Assembly: GCA_977017575.1 (NCBI GenBank)
Contig: CDRNVI010000144.1
Location: 374,510 to 438,509 of the forward strand
DNA length: 64,000 bases
From: Paramoeba atlantica
Taxonomy: Eukaryota > Protista > Discosea
Reading direction: 5' to 3'
The notes under the pieces: model-generated
Databases searched by the model: none
What the model was told of the DNA's origin: nothing
The model's input: only the letters and a program-made list of their open reading frames with translations
Part shown: piece after piece, positions 23,758-37,189 of the stretch
Position numbering within the stretch: position 1 is the stretch's first letter
Layout: the number at the start of each line of letters is the position of its first letter
Made by a program: the position numbers and the translations under genes

Positions 23758-26700
23758 TGTCAAGTGGCGGGGTTTGGTGGAAGAAGATTGCTGAGAAAAG
23801 AAAAGAAAGGTGCAAACTTCATTCCATGGCGAGAGCTGGGAACGTGAGAAAAAACAAAGTCTCTCACGCATTTATTTACAAACAGGTTTCAAGCACATAT
23901 TTAACAATGTGACACCAAGTGCAAAAACAGAGAAACACACACAAATAAAAGCACACGTAAGAGACACAAAGACACAACAAGTTTAAGGAAGGGAACAACA
24001 GATGACATCAGCACAAATAAATTCATGGGCTGAAAGATCAGAATATGGAGAATAAACTATGCAATCAAATTGGGTCTGAAATAGGGCAAAGGTATTCTTG
24101 AAGGCACAATTCAATGATTGATCAATATCTCAGTGTGTAGTTGTCAGATTCAGATGGAACTAGCGCCATTCGAAAGAGGAAGATGAGACGCTTCAGGATA
24201 GCACAACTCGTGATCATAGAATTCACAAATGATGTTCTCCATTAAGTCAAACATTCTTCAAACCAAGAATACTGATATTCTAACACTCCCTTTCATCATG
24301 AAGTTAATTCGCAGAGCAACAGGGACGAATAAGATTATTCCGGTGAGGTGTAAACACATTGGGTCCAAGGGGTTTTGTAAAAATATTGGCAAGGTTATCT
24401 TTAGTGGGCACATAATCCAACTCAATCAAGCCATCTTGCAATGCTTTTCTTGTGTAATGATCAAAGGCTTCAATTTGCTTAGTTCTTTGGTTTACACGGG
24501 GAATCTTTGCAATAGCCATCGCAGGTTCAGAATTGGATTGGAGCAAGAAAGGTCTTTTGTACGGGATGCACAACTCAGAGAGAATGTTATCAACAAATTT
24601 CAATTCACAGGATGCTTCAGCAAGGGCATGGTATTCAGATTCACAACTGGACCAACAAACTTGAGGAGATTTCTTGGAACGCCAGGATATGGGAGAACCA
24701 TTTGCAAAAATAGCAAAACCATAAGATGAGGATCTGTCTTCTGTAACATCTTGATGGCTTGAGTCAGCTTGGGCGGAAATCACAAGTTCTTTAGTCTCAG
24801 ATTTGGATTTGGGAAACACCAATTCATAATCAGGATATTTGGCAAGATAACCGAGAATTCGTAGAGCAGCTTTGTCATGATCTTTAGTGTAGGTGTTCAA
24901 GAAGCAAGAGCATTGGGAAACAGCATATGAAATATCAGGACGAGTTTTCGTCAACCAAATTAGAGAACCAACAAGACTAGCATAGGGAAAATCAGTCGGG
25001 GGTTCGTCAGGCTTAGGCATAGGCAGAACTTTACTCACAGCAGGAGTATCACTCTTTCTTATTTTGTGGCAGTCAAAACTCTCCAATAAATTGTTGAGGA
25101 AGGCACACTGATTGAGAGAAATTTCTTTGTGATTTTGTTTCACACCACAACCAAGGAACCAGGAGCATTTTCCACTAGGCTTCCACTTGAATCTTTCAAT
25201 CAGTTTGGAGTAAATCTCTTCACGGAGCTTTGGACAAGTACAAACATCCAAATTATCATCAACAACAGTTGGGAATAAACAGAAGTTTCCATCAGGTTCA
25301 ACACGAATGTAGAGATTGGGATCAGCAGTCAGACAATGGAATTGCAGCTCTTCAATAAGAAATTTTCGAAAAGTCAGATTCCAACATTGTCCAGCAATTG
25401 GCACACCATAGAGAGCTTTGTTCAATCGACAGAGATATTCGGGATGTTCAGGATCTTCGAAACCTTCGGGTTGAGTGACATAATAAACAATATCGCCATC
25501 AGGAATGTCAGCTTGGATATAGGCACTTGGGACATCTCCAGAATTCACATCGAGGTCAAACATAGCAGCAATAGCAAATGTCAAATTGAGAGATTCAGTG
25601 GTTGCAGTTCCAGCATAATTATCTTCTTGGTCAAAATTGGGATCTTTCACAAGACTATGTTTTACATGAGAACCGTTTGCACAAAATCGAGCTTTGAACT
25701 TGGATATTACACCATTTTCAGTCTTAATTCGAAATCGCCACAGGCCTTGCATAATAATGTGTTTCTTTCCATCCTTGGGGAACTTCAGGGGAGGAGGCAC
25801 CAATTCCCAAGTTTTATTTTCAATATGAGCATCATATTCTCTTTTGCAGGCTTGTTTCCATTCTTCTTTTTCATTTGAACGAGCGGCTTGCTTGTAGGAT
25901 CGGGGGGTAACTTTGTCATTAACAACTTGGTCAGCATGGAAGGCATAGTCAAGGAAATCAAGATCTTTGTAACCACGGCCAGGTTCACCAAACGTATTCC
26001 AAGGTATTTTCAGGGCACTGAACGCTTTTCCAATGGCACTATGTTGGTAGTCAGGGTCTTGGAAGCAAGCAGAGTGTCTTACTTCTTCAGCTGCATCATC
26101 AGATTCATTTGGTTCAGAGATGTTAATTTCATCATCAGGTTGAGATTGAGTAACAAGATTGAAATCAACTTCAGAATCAGTTTCAGAGTTGTATGTAGAG
26201 GAAGAGTAAGGAGATGCAGATTGGTCTGCAGGGTCATAAGGGTCAGGATCATGATCATCTGGTGGGTAATCGAACATTTCAAAATTATCAAGGTCAATCG
26301 GCAATTCAGGTTCATTTTCATCAGCAGAGTCATAATCAGTTCCTTCACTTTCTTCATCCTTCATATTTAATTCTGAAATTTGAGGGAGAATTTCAGAATC
26401 AGGGGCTGCAGCAGCTTGAGCAGGATCAACAATTGGAGAAGAAGAGGAACTAGAAGAGGAGCAAGAGGAGCAAGAGGAAGATGGAGGTGTGTAAGAACCA
26501 TTGCTCTGAGTAAAATCGGGAGGAGGCATACTGAGAAGCACCATCTCATCATCATCATCATCACTGTACACATCCGTACTGTGGGTTTTCTCATTCAAAG
26601 GAGTATGTTTTGAATGTAAGTTTACAGGAGCAGGAGTGGAATGGCCTATTTCGTTCTCCCTTTCAACATCAACAGGGTAATCATCATCAATTACAATTTT

Positions 26701-29700
26701 GGCAGAATTGTCAGGATTCTCATGTACACAATCCACGGGATTTGTGTTCGTACTCAGAATGTCGTCACAGTCTGATAATTTCGAAAAATCAATGAATTTT
26801 TCATTCAAATAAGTGTCAAAATAGTGTGGGATATTCCCTCTATCAATACGCTTCAACAGGTTCAAAACACCAAAAACATATTCATCAAATACCACACTTG
26901 AACTTTCAAAAATAGTTTTCTTTACAGGGTCATACAAAATATAACCATTAATTTTTTCTGAGGGGCCAAGATAGATCGCAGGGCGCGCTTTAGGCATCAG
27001 TTTGGTTCTGTTCTTTCGGGGAATGTGCGCAAAAGCATGACAACCAAAAGGGCGAATCAACTCAATATTGGGTTTGCGACCATACAGCTTCTGGAAGGGG
27101 GAAATCTCTTCACCTTCTTTCACAATGTAGGAGCTCACAACACTTGCAAGTTTTTCAGCATAATCCCAAAATTGTTCAGGCAATCCAGCATGGATTCAAA
27201 TCGCTTGAGCAGTGTTCCATCGAGTCTCATTTGCACGTTCAGCAACACCATTTTCAGCAGAATCATCTCTACTAGAAAATCTGATATGAATTCCTTTTTC
27301 AGTGCAATATTGTCCAATTTTCGTTGCAGGACTGACAAATTCCCAAGCACTGTCGCATTGAATGATTTTGACCTTCACATCTAATTGTCTTTGAAGCTTT
27401 GCAATCAGGTTGATCAGCACTTCGCCAGCATCACTCTTTTTCTTGAGGAATTCAGATAAATCCATCTTGGAGTAGTCTTCAACAACTGAGAGAGAGTATT
27501 TGTTCTTCTGATAAGAAAGTATATTTTTCTCGTGGTTGTCAATGTGCAACATTTCACCGAGTTTTTGTTTTGTTCTCGTACCAGGGGTATGACTCTTCCT
27601 TTTCACTTTGGCCAACTCACAAGCAGTACAAACATTTTGATCCATTCTCAATCTGTGATATTGCAGGGGCAAACCATCAACCACACGAGCATTAATAGTC
27701 CTTTTTAAACCAGAAAAATGACACAATCTATTATGCCAATATTTCCATTCTTTTTCACAGGTAGGACAGAGGGTTCTACAGATTCTTTTCTTGCGGAGAG
27801 GTTGAGATGAAGGAGCATCCTCAGGGGTTTCATTTTTTGGGTGAGTAACTTCTTCAGCAATATAAGATTGTTGATGGTTGGTTCGACTGGGTAAAGCCAA
27901 ATAATACAAGCCATTGTTCTGTGGACCACTCAAAATCGTCTGGGAATTGCTCAAATTGATCTTCTTTTTTGTCACACGAATTTGGTCAGAATCCAAAACA
28001 ACAGAAGCATCCCAAGTTTCACACATGTGAGCCACAGAGAGAAGATTCATTTCACAATTGGGGACTACAGAGATGTCTTGAAGAGGTGGCAAATCAGGAT
28101 GAATTGCCAAGTCACCTTGCATTGTAACAGGAATCAGATTGCCATTCGCTTGCTTGATGCTTATGGACATTGCGGGTGGAGTGTTTCTTGTTGTGAGATT
28201 TGGATCATTCACAATTGTGTTTGAACAAGCTGAATCAGCAAGAGCAGTTGCTCCATTTGATTGTTTTGCAACAAAAGCAGATTGAATCGAAGATTGAGAA
28301 GAAGAAACGAGAGCAGAAACGCAACAAGAGTAAACAGGAATATTGATTTTATTCATTTTTATCTTCCAAGCATTGATCTTTTGAACGAAAGCGTCGAAAT
28401 TCACCTTGGCTTGTTGTCCCACAGCACTTTGGTTTGCTGGGTTTGTGTTGCAACCTTTCACAATGTGACTGGTGGCACCACAACGAAAACAGGCTTTAGC
28501 TGGAGGGGTGGGTGGATCTTCCCATCCAGGGTAATTTCGAAACTGGTTGCACGTTTGAGGAGAAGGAATTAGAGGACTACGGCGAGGAGGGCCATTTCCT
28601 TGTCTTCCTTGGCGAGGAGGGGCAACATTTCCTAGTTGATTAGGATTGGCAGCAGGGTTATTCTTCTTCCGAAAAGCAACATAAGCAGCGGCGTTCTCCT
28701 TGGTCTTCAAGGCTTGTTTCTTCTTGTTGGCGCTGGAGTGACTACCTTTGATTTCTTTTAACTCCAAGAAAGCACTCTCCACTGTCCACTCTCCCACTCT
28801 AAGCAATCCTCGAAAGGTTTCCCAACGTTGTTGCAGCATGGAATCTCGAATGTAACCCAATTTCTTGTTCATTGGTATCGGTTTCCCTTTCAACGCTTCA
28901 ACGTGAAGAAATAACTCCTTCAGTCTCAACTCAAAACTAGAGATCATCTCATTTTCTCCGATACAACAATCCTCTAACTTACTTTTCACTTCTTTAACGT
29001 TGTGAACAATCACGGTACTCAGATTTAAGATCAATGTGTCCCAAATAATTTTTGGTGTTCTTCTCTTCAAATCGCTAAGATACTCCTTTGCTTGACCAAC
29101 ACAAGCCTTATTCAGTAAGTTTGTAAGATTCATTTGATTGTCCATATGGTCATCAAAATGTCTTTGGTTGATTTGCTGCTTGTACTCCAATTTCTCTTTG
29201 TGTCTTGCCTCCAACTCCTTTCTTTCTGCCAAGAATCTTTTCTTCTCAGCTTCTTCCATTTTTTCTGTAATCTTCTCCAGCTCCTCCTCAAACTTAATTA
29301 GAACAGGTTCACCTGTAGGAACTTTGTCAAGGAATAGATGATGAATGAGATTTTGGGTGCTGAGTCGAATGAGTGTCTCTTTTCGCCAGAGCATGAATTC
29401 AATGGTGGATTCACCTTTGAGTTCATTAATCTCGAGTGCACCCTTCCATGTCTTGTTCTTTGGTTCAAACTCTGGCCAATCTACTACTCTATAATCATCT
29501 TCCATAGTTGAGGATGTGGCGAACATAAAAGAGCGAGAGAGAAAAGCGAGAAACAGTGACAGGAGGAAACGAGCGAGAAAAACCAAGAAAACCACACAGA
29601 ATCGTGAAAACACACGATTAAAACAAACAGAAAGACAGGCAAAAGGAACAAGAGAGCAAGAACAATAAAAAGAAATCGAGTGAAGTTGTTGAACAAATGA

Positions 29701-30385
29701 GAGAATGGGTGCGAATGAGCGAAAACAAAAACAAAAACGAAAAACAAAAAAACAGAAAATAAAACAAAAATAAAACAAAAAAATAAAACAAAGAAAGGTG
29801 TAAAACACTGAAGTTCTACTAATGACAAGATCAAGCAGAGAGCCTAGACTCTTAATCTGTCAAGTGGCGGGGTTTGGTGAAAGAAGATTGCTGAGAAAAG
29901 AAAAGAAAGGTGCAAACTTCATTCCATGGCGAGAGCCGGGAATGTGAGAAAAAACAAAGTCTCTCACACGTTTATTTACGAACAGGTTTCAAGCACATAT
30001 TTAACAATGTGACACCAAGTGCAAAAACAGAGAAACACACACAAATAAAAGCACACGTAAGAGACACAAAGACACAACAAGTTTAAGGAAGGGAACAACA
30101 GATGACGTCAGCACAAATAAATTCATGGGCTGAAAGATCAGAATATAGAGAATAAACTATGCAATCAAATTGGGTCTGAAATAGGGCAAAGGTATTCTTG
30201 AAGGCACAATTCAATGATTGATCAATATCTCAGTGTGTAGTTGTCAGATTCAGATGGGACTAGCGCCATTTGAAAGAGGAAGATGAGGCGCTTCAGGATA
30301 GCACAACTCGTGATCATAGAATTCACAAATGATGTTCTCCATTAAGTCAAACATTCTTCAAACCAAGAATACTGATATTCTAACA
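23758..30385 (-). mobile_element. Complete Ty1/copia LTR retrotransposon, 6628 bp (left-arm copy)
   Basis: 528-bp TG..CA LTRs (23758-24285, 29858-30385), ATGAT TSD on both sides, PBS 29845-29857, PPT next to the 3' LTR. Confidence 0.97.
24304..29526 (-). CDS. gag-pol: Copia Gag-Pol polyprotein, 1740 codons with one in-frame TGA (27196-27198)
   Basis: Zinc knuckle CFRCGATSHIVKGC, protease LADSACS, HHCC, DDE integrase (HID/QCDS/AER), RT (KARFCANG, LNKALYG, VVDD) and RNase H (ADSS, ESEY), in copia order PR-IN-RT-RH. Start codon choice (29526 or 29505) is uncertain. Confidence 0.93.
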
Positions 30386-31498
30386 ATGATTCAATCTATT
30401 ATTGAAGAGAAAGGAAACCTGATCATCAACCAACTTGAGAGTTCTTGTATTTGGAGAATCAATCATAATGCCCATTTGTGGGGGATCAAGATCAAACTCC
30501 CTTACCAAGTCTCAGAGAATGAGTGGATTTACAATTTATTTAATGGAGAGGACCACCTTCCCTCTCTCAATTTTAAAGAAATGGTACAAGTCTCTGATGA
30601 CTGCATCATCATCTTCTATAAGTCCATTCTCCTCTCTCTAGTCCACCTTATTGCCAAGACCAAAGGATTCATCCAAATCAACACCTTGATTAAAGCCAAG
30701 TGTTCCATTTGAATGCTTACCAAACCATACCACCTCCTTGTTGAGTGCTCCTTATATGGAGTAAACCATCTTGTGAGCCTTACTTGCACTACAAAAATCA
30801 TCTGGAAACAAGGTGAAGATGCTATTAGCAAGCTTTTTGAAGATGAGCAACAAAGCTTTAGTTTCAAGAAAGACCAAATCATGATCACAAATGCAAAGAA
30901 GTATGAAAGAATGAAATTTATTTATGAAAAAGAAAAGCCAACTGAAGAATGGGTCCCTAAGAAAAAAGTTGAAATTGCTGGAATGGAGAGCAAGGAGGAA
31001 GGAATGAGCAATAGCTCTGAAATGGAAGGTAAGAATGAACAAGAAAAGAGGGAAGTGAATGAACAGGAAAGAAGGGAAGAGGATGGTGACAAAGATATAA
31101 TTATGATCAAAGGGAAAGAAGTTGATAGTGAGGAAGAAAACAAGGAGGAGGGGAAGAGGGATGGATCAATCACAGTGAAAGTCCCCTTGGAAGGAGGAAA
31201 GATCAAAGAAATGAGTTTCAGTATGGGTGAGGAAGCTTGGGCATGGCTGGGGGATCTTCCAACCAAATTTAGGTAGAAGCAGAAAATGAAAGAACTCAAA
31301 AAAACAGTTACAAACCTCAAAAACAGGAAATATAAATTACTGAATGAAAAACTTCAACAAGTTTTGATTGAAATGGTTAAATTTATTGCTTCAAACACAG
31401 CTAAATTCAAGAAAAGACCAAGACAATTATTAGCTGAAGAAACAGGGAAAATAATCAATAAAGATAGGGAAAAAGTGAGGCAAAGCAAAAAGAAATTG

Positions 31499-31816
31499 AA
31501 TTGTGGCATAATGGCTTAGTTGGTAAAACAGCTATTGCTTCAATTCAAGGTTGCAGGTTTAAATTCCAAAGAGGAAAATATTAAAAACATTATTTTCTCT
31601 TCCTGCTCACTTGAATGTGAAAAATAGAACAGATTATCCTCTGCCCTGTTTGCTAAAAAGCAGAGAATAAATTCCCTGAGAAGGAGTTTGAGTGAATTAA
31701 AGGTCTTTGGACCATTTGAACCTAAAAAGGTGAAACTCTATCCTCATTATTTTTAACCTTAAAAAATTAGTAGCTTTGGGTTAAACCATCACCTAATAAA
31801 GTCCAGTGTTAAAAAG
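31499..31816 (+). mobile_element. SINE-A copy in LINE ORF1
   Basis: TSD aaaaagaaattgaa on both sides. The empty site is visible in the paralog at ~62705. Confidence 0.85.
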
Positions 31817-31918
31817 AAAAAGAAATTGAAAGGCAACACAGATAAAATGTTGAAAGTTAAAAAATCGAACACAATTTCTAAAACCATTCTTGTGAAAAAA
31901 GAAAAAAGTGACAGAATG

Positions 31919-32778
31919 AATTGTGGCATAATGGCTTAGTTGGTAAAACAGCTATTGCTTCAATTCAGGGTTGCAGGTTCAAATTTCAAAGAGGAAAATA
32001 TTAAAAATATTATTTTTTCTTCTTGCTCACTTGAATGTGAAAAATAGAACAGGTTATTCTCTGCCCTATTTGCTAAAAAGCAGAGAATAAATTCCCTGAG
32101 AAGGAGTTTAAGTGAATTAAAGGTCTTTGAGTTGGTGCCTGTAGTTTAGTCATAAATTCAACTATGTCCAACCCTGGGAGGGTGAGTTCAAATTCCAGTT
32201 TTTCAATATTATGGAAAATTTTTCTGGTGCTGTAGAGTGATTTGATTGGAGTGAGGAGCTCTTGGAGAAGTGTGAAAATCAAAACAAATTACATCTTAGT
32301 CTTGTCTGCTAAAAAGTTGAGGATAAATTCCTTTATAAGGAGCTTTGAATTATTCTCCCTTCTGATGTGCATCCTCCAGCCTGAACTTGCAGAAGTTCTA
32401 AAGTTCAGTATAAAGACTGACTGAACTAAGCTGAAGTTTAAAACTTCATCTCTCATTAGAGGTTAAAAACAAATTAAATTTAATGTAATTCAAATAGCTT
32501 AAATTAAGAACTACTAATTGAATAAAGTTTGCCTCAAAAAGAAAAAAAAAAGAATTAAAGGTCTTTAGACCATTTGAACCTAAAGAGGTGAAACTCTATC
32601 CTCATTATTTTTAACCTTAAAAAATTAGTGGCTTTGGGTTAAGTTATCACCTAATAAAGTCTAGTGTTAAAAAGAAAAAAAAGAGGTGAAATTCTATCTT
32701 CATTATCTTTAACCTTAAAAAATTAGTGGCTTTGGGTTAGACTATCACTTAATAAAGTCCAGTGTTAAAAAGAAAAAA
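31919..32778 (+). mobile_element. SINE-A copy split by SINE-B, with a tandemly duplicated 3' end
   Basis: Head at 31919; body resumes at 32552; second 3' end at 32683-32778. Confidence 0.8.
32129..32551 (+). mobile_element. SINE-B (second family, ~420 bp) nested in SINE-A
   Basis: 15-bp TSD gaattaaaggtcttt, A-rich tail, degenerate A-box (TAGTTTAGTC) and B-box (GAGTTCAAATTCC). Confidence 0.75.
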
Positions 32779-32874
32779 AGTGGCAAAGTGAAAAACTTTA
32801 GAGGTGTTCCTCTCCCATCTTCCTCCACTGGTGTCCCTTCCTCCTCCTCCTCCACTGGTGTCCCTCCCCCTTCT

Positions 32875-33193
32875 TCTTTTTAATACTGGACTTTATTAGG
32901 TAATGGCCTAACCCAAAGCTACTAATTTTTTAAGATTAAAGATAACTAGGATAGAGTTTCACCTCTTTAGGTTCAAATGGTCTAAAGACCTTTAATTCAC
33001 TCAAACTCCTTTTCAGGGAATTTATTCTCTGCTTTTTAGCAGACAGGGCAGAGGATAATCTGTTTTGTTTTTCACATTCAAGTGAGCAGGAAAAGAAAAT
33101 AATATTTTTAATATTTTCCTCTTTGGGATTTGAACCTGCAACCCTGAATTGAAGCAATAGCTGTTTTACTAACTAAGCCATCATGCCACAATT
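32875..33193 (-). mobile_element. SINE-A copy
   Basis: Full head and tail. TSD tgtccctcccccttcttc/tgtccctctcccttcttc. Confidence 0.85.
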
Positions 33194-33420
33194 GTCCCTC
33201 TCCCTTCTTCCTCCACTGGTGTCCAAAGTGTCCTTCCCTCTGAAGATGTCTTTGATAAAGTTCCTAGATCACAAGCCAAAATAGCAATCTAGAAAAAGAA
33301 CATCACCAACCTGCAAAACTAGAAAAACACTACCTCTTTTAGTAATTCAGACAAACATGAATTTTCAACTTTTTCATTCAGTTCTCATTCTAGCAATGGT
33401 CAAAGAATTGTTGATTCCCC

Positions 33421-33742
33421 TTTTTCTTTTTAACACTGGACTTTATTAAGTAATGACCTAACCCAAAGCCACTAATTTTTTAAAGTTAAAAATAACAAGG
33501 ATAGAATTTCACTTCTTTAGGTTCAAATGGTCTAAAGACCTTTAATTCACTTAAACTCCTTCTTAGGGAATTTATTCTCTGCTTTTTAGTAAACAGGGCA
33601 AAGAATAATCTGTTTTGTTTTTCACATTCAAGTGAGCAGGAAGAGAAAATAATGTTTTAATATTTTCTTCTTTGGGATTTAAACCTACAACCCTGAATTG
33701 AAGCAATAGCTGTTTTACCAACTAAGCCATCATACTACAATT
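33421..33742 (-). mobile_element. SINE-A copy
   Basis: Full head and tail. TSD approximately aattg(c/t)tgattcccc. Confidence 0.85.
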
Positions 33743-36700
33743 AAATTGCTGATTCCCCCTTTCCCTCTTGATTTCAAGATGCTGACCTTGATGGAAGCCC
33801 AAAATTGTTTCCTGATGACCCTCAGGGAAGCTTCTCTATTGTTTAAAAGGAAAAAGAAGAAAAGTTTAAAGAAAAAAGAAAAAAAAAAAAAAAAAAAACA
33901 GAAAAAAAGAAAAAAAAGTCAAAAAAAAGTTCTAAGTCAGAAGTTAATTAAAAAAAGGAAAAGAAATACTAGAAGATAGAGCAAAAGATGGTGAACAAAA
34001 GAAAAAAAAAAGGAAAAAAGAATACTCCTTCAACTCCCCCCCCTGAGATCTGATGTCCAACTTCAACCCTCTCCTCTGATGATTGTCAACAAGTCCCAAT
34101 TAATCTCTCAACTCCCCACTTCCCCCACCCCCCTCAACTCCCCCTTCCCTGTGATTCTCAAATCCCTGCTCTGGAACCCAATCCCCCTGATTTACCCCAA
34201 ATTCAGCATTTTTCTCAGTTTCCCGACTTGAGAGTTCTCTTCTGGAATATAAATGGGCTGCAAAATGAAGAAAAACTTGAAATCTGCAAGAGAATGGCAG
34301 CTAGCTCCTGGCCCCTGTTCATCTTCCTCCAGGAAACCCATGCAACATCTGAAAATGATCTTGATCATCTTAAAAACCACTTGAGGAAGTACATTTGGTT
34401 TCGTAACTCCTTCTCCAAGAGGAAACATGGCCTTGTGATTGGAATTAGATGTGTGGAAGAATTGAAAGATCCCTCTCCTTTTTGTTTTGAGAAAAATGAA
34501 GGTGGATTGTTTGGTTTAAAAGTGTTCATCCAAAATCAGGAATTTTCAGCCCTCCCCCCAGAGCAAAAATATTCTGGCTGAGGATTTCAATTGGAACTTG
34601 AACAAAACCAATTGCCAGAAATTAATTGAACACCTCTCTGATTTGAATCTGTCTCGCCTCAACTGGTCAGAACCTACCCATTTTCAGGGCTGATGCATTG
34701 ACCACATCTTCCTTCCCTCTGAGGCTCCTGAAGACCATTTGTTTGTGAATGCAATCTCATTTGGATTCAAAGATCATGCTGTAATGATTGGAGGAGCCAG
34801 TGTAAAAGAGTGGAAAATCAACTCACAGAAGAAGAGGATTCCTGAATATCTAATTAATAACCCCAAATTTATCTCTGCTCTCTCTGAAGCTGTTGGAAAC
34901 TACTCTGTGGGTGACCCTGTGATCTGTCTTGATAAAATGAAATCTGAAGCCTGGAGATTGACTGCTCTGTGGAAGAACAAGCACAAGGAAGCTCATCTCT
35001 TCAAGAAACTTTGGAAACTGCAGACTTTAGTTAAGAAGCTAAGAACAACCTGAATCCTTAGAAAGGATAGCCCAGCCCACCCCTTCACCTCCCTAGAAAC
35101 TGAACTGAGAGAAGCAGCTGCTGAGAATTGGGATAACCCTCTGAAAGGGTGGAAATGGAGATTAAAAATTATACCTCAGATGATTAAAGTTGGTCTCTCT
35201 TGGATATCAAGCCTTGAACAACAACTTGGAGTCTTCTTTGACAACCACCCAGCTCATCCTAACAAGAAGTCCTCCCCCAAGGTGAAAGAAGTGATTGTTG
35301 ATGGCATCTTGTCTCATGACTCATCTACTGTGAGAGAAGCTATTAAAGGCTTTTGGGGTGATCTCTTGAGAACTGAACATCCTTATAATCTCAAAGCCCT
35401 TGATGAACTTCTTGACAACCACCCCTTCTGCTTCCCAGACTCTGAAAATCATACAGTAGACCTTCTGAAAGTTGAGAAGCTACTCCTTCAAGCCAACAAT
35501 ATCAGTGCAGGCCCTGATGGAATTTCCTTCTCCCTCTATCAGAAAACTTATAAGAAATATCAAGAGATGTGGGTTGAACTGATCCAACAAGCAGGAGAAA
35601 GTATGAAATTCCCTGACTCCTTTAGAGAGAGTCAATTGTGTTTGATTCCCAAGATTGAGAACATTCCTCACCCTGATCAGTTCAGATCTATAAGTGTAAC
35701 AAACTCTGATTATCAAATTGTAATGTGATATTGGGCTCTTTGGTTTTCTGAAATTGCAAGTGGAGTAATCTCTGATACTCAACATGCAATGTTCAAGGGG
35801 AAATCAATTGATGCAGCTGTGGAAACTATTTATAATGCCTTCTATGAAGCTTTGGCTGATGGACAAGATATTACTCTTCTACAAACTGACTTTTGCAAGG
35901 CTTATGATTATGTAAACTGTGATGCTCTGATTCACATTTTGAAGAGGTTGAAGGCCCCTCCCCAAGCCATTTTTGTAATTGAGAAAGTACTCCACCCCTC
36001 CAAAACTTGGTTACCCTCAATTGGAGGAAAACCTGGCTCCTCTCCTGCAGACTCTATTACCAGTAGAACTGGAGTTTGACAAAGCTGTCCAATCTCTCCC
36101 CTTCTCTTCCTAATTGTCTTTGATTTATTGCTGGTGAGCCTCAACAAGAACCACCCTCTTGAGAAGCTTTCTGGCTTCATGGATAACCTTGGACTACTCC
36201 TGAAAAAAGCTGATACCATTAACCTCTTGACCCCCACTTTCCAGAAGTATGAGAAAACAACTGGTGCTCTCTTGAATTACTCAAAGTGCTTTGTTTTGAC
36301 AACTCAAATGTACAAACCTTCTGGCCCTTGGTCTGCAATGACCAAAACCAACTTTAGAAGTGATGAGACAATGTATTTGAGTGTGCGAAAAAGCTGTAAA
36401 ATGGAATCAAAGAAGGATTGACTTAAAGTATGTGAAAAGATGTGAAGAGTAAGTAAAACCATTAAAAATCAAGGAAGACCTTTTACAGTGAAAGTAAGGA
36501 TAATTAACACTTACTTAATTCCCTGTATGGGCTACTTAGCTTGCTTTAAGCTTATCCCCCAATTTATATCTGTGATAGTATGGAAACTCATTTGAGCTGC
36601 CTTGGGAGCATATGCCAATTTGAAAACCATCATTTTGACTGCTTGCCATCCTCTTATGGGTAGTAAATGTCAGGTTCGCCACTTCATTCTTTTCAATTGA

Positions 36701-37189
36701 GCTCTTCTTATTTCTCATAAACCTTTAAGTTGTGAATACAAGAATCCCTTGACTATTGGAGCTATAAGACTTGATGCTTATTTTGTTGCCTCAAAAATCT
36801 CTAAAGAAGTGATTCTAGGAGATCCAACCAAAACAAACTATAGTTCTCTTTCTCATCAAGTACCTATTGTGCTTGAAGATATCTACCAAGAGGGTGGAAA
36901 GATCAAATGTATTGTCTACAACTTAGCTCATACTCTTAAACCTCAACTCCAATGAAACCTTACCAAATTCTTGATTCATGATCTTCCTACAATGGATAAG
37001 ATCTCTCATTTTACCTTGGAACCTCCTACCTGTTGATTATATAAGAAAAGGAAAGAATTTCGAACCCACCTCCTTGAAACTTGTATTTGTACAAAAAGTT
37101 ATCTTGAGAAGATGGGACATAGCTGCATCATAAAAAAAAAAAAAAAAATAAAAAAAAAAAATAAAAAAAAAAAAAAAAAAAAAAAAAAT

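Larger units (their letters stand above)
19311..33399. repeat. Left arm of giant inverted duplication (partner 49912-64000)
   Basis: Every ORF pair in the arms has coordinates summing to 83311. 19311-19320 (aagttatgtg) is the reverse complement of the last 10 bases of the window. Only isolated transitions were seen between arms. Confidence 0.97.
23246..37188 (+). mobile_element. Near full-length degenerate L1-like LINE, interrupted by copia and multiple SINEs
   Basis: ORF1 is continuous across the copia TSD (KEEDVFMI|QSIIEEKG). ORF2 APE (RVLFWNINGL, FLQETH, IDHIF, DHAVMI) lies at 34228-34800 and RT at 35180-36420. The zinc finger is followed by an A-rich tail at 37131-37188. Confidence 0.85.

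Noticed and set aside
31520-31550. CT-TCA-AT in the SINE-A head as a UGA-suppressor anticodon that could read the copia stop
   Set aside because: It is out of register (positions 34-36 are CTT) and has no flanking stem.
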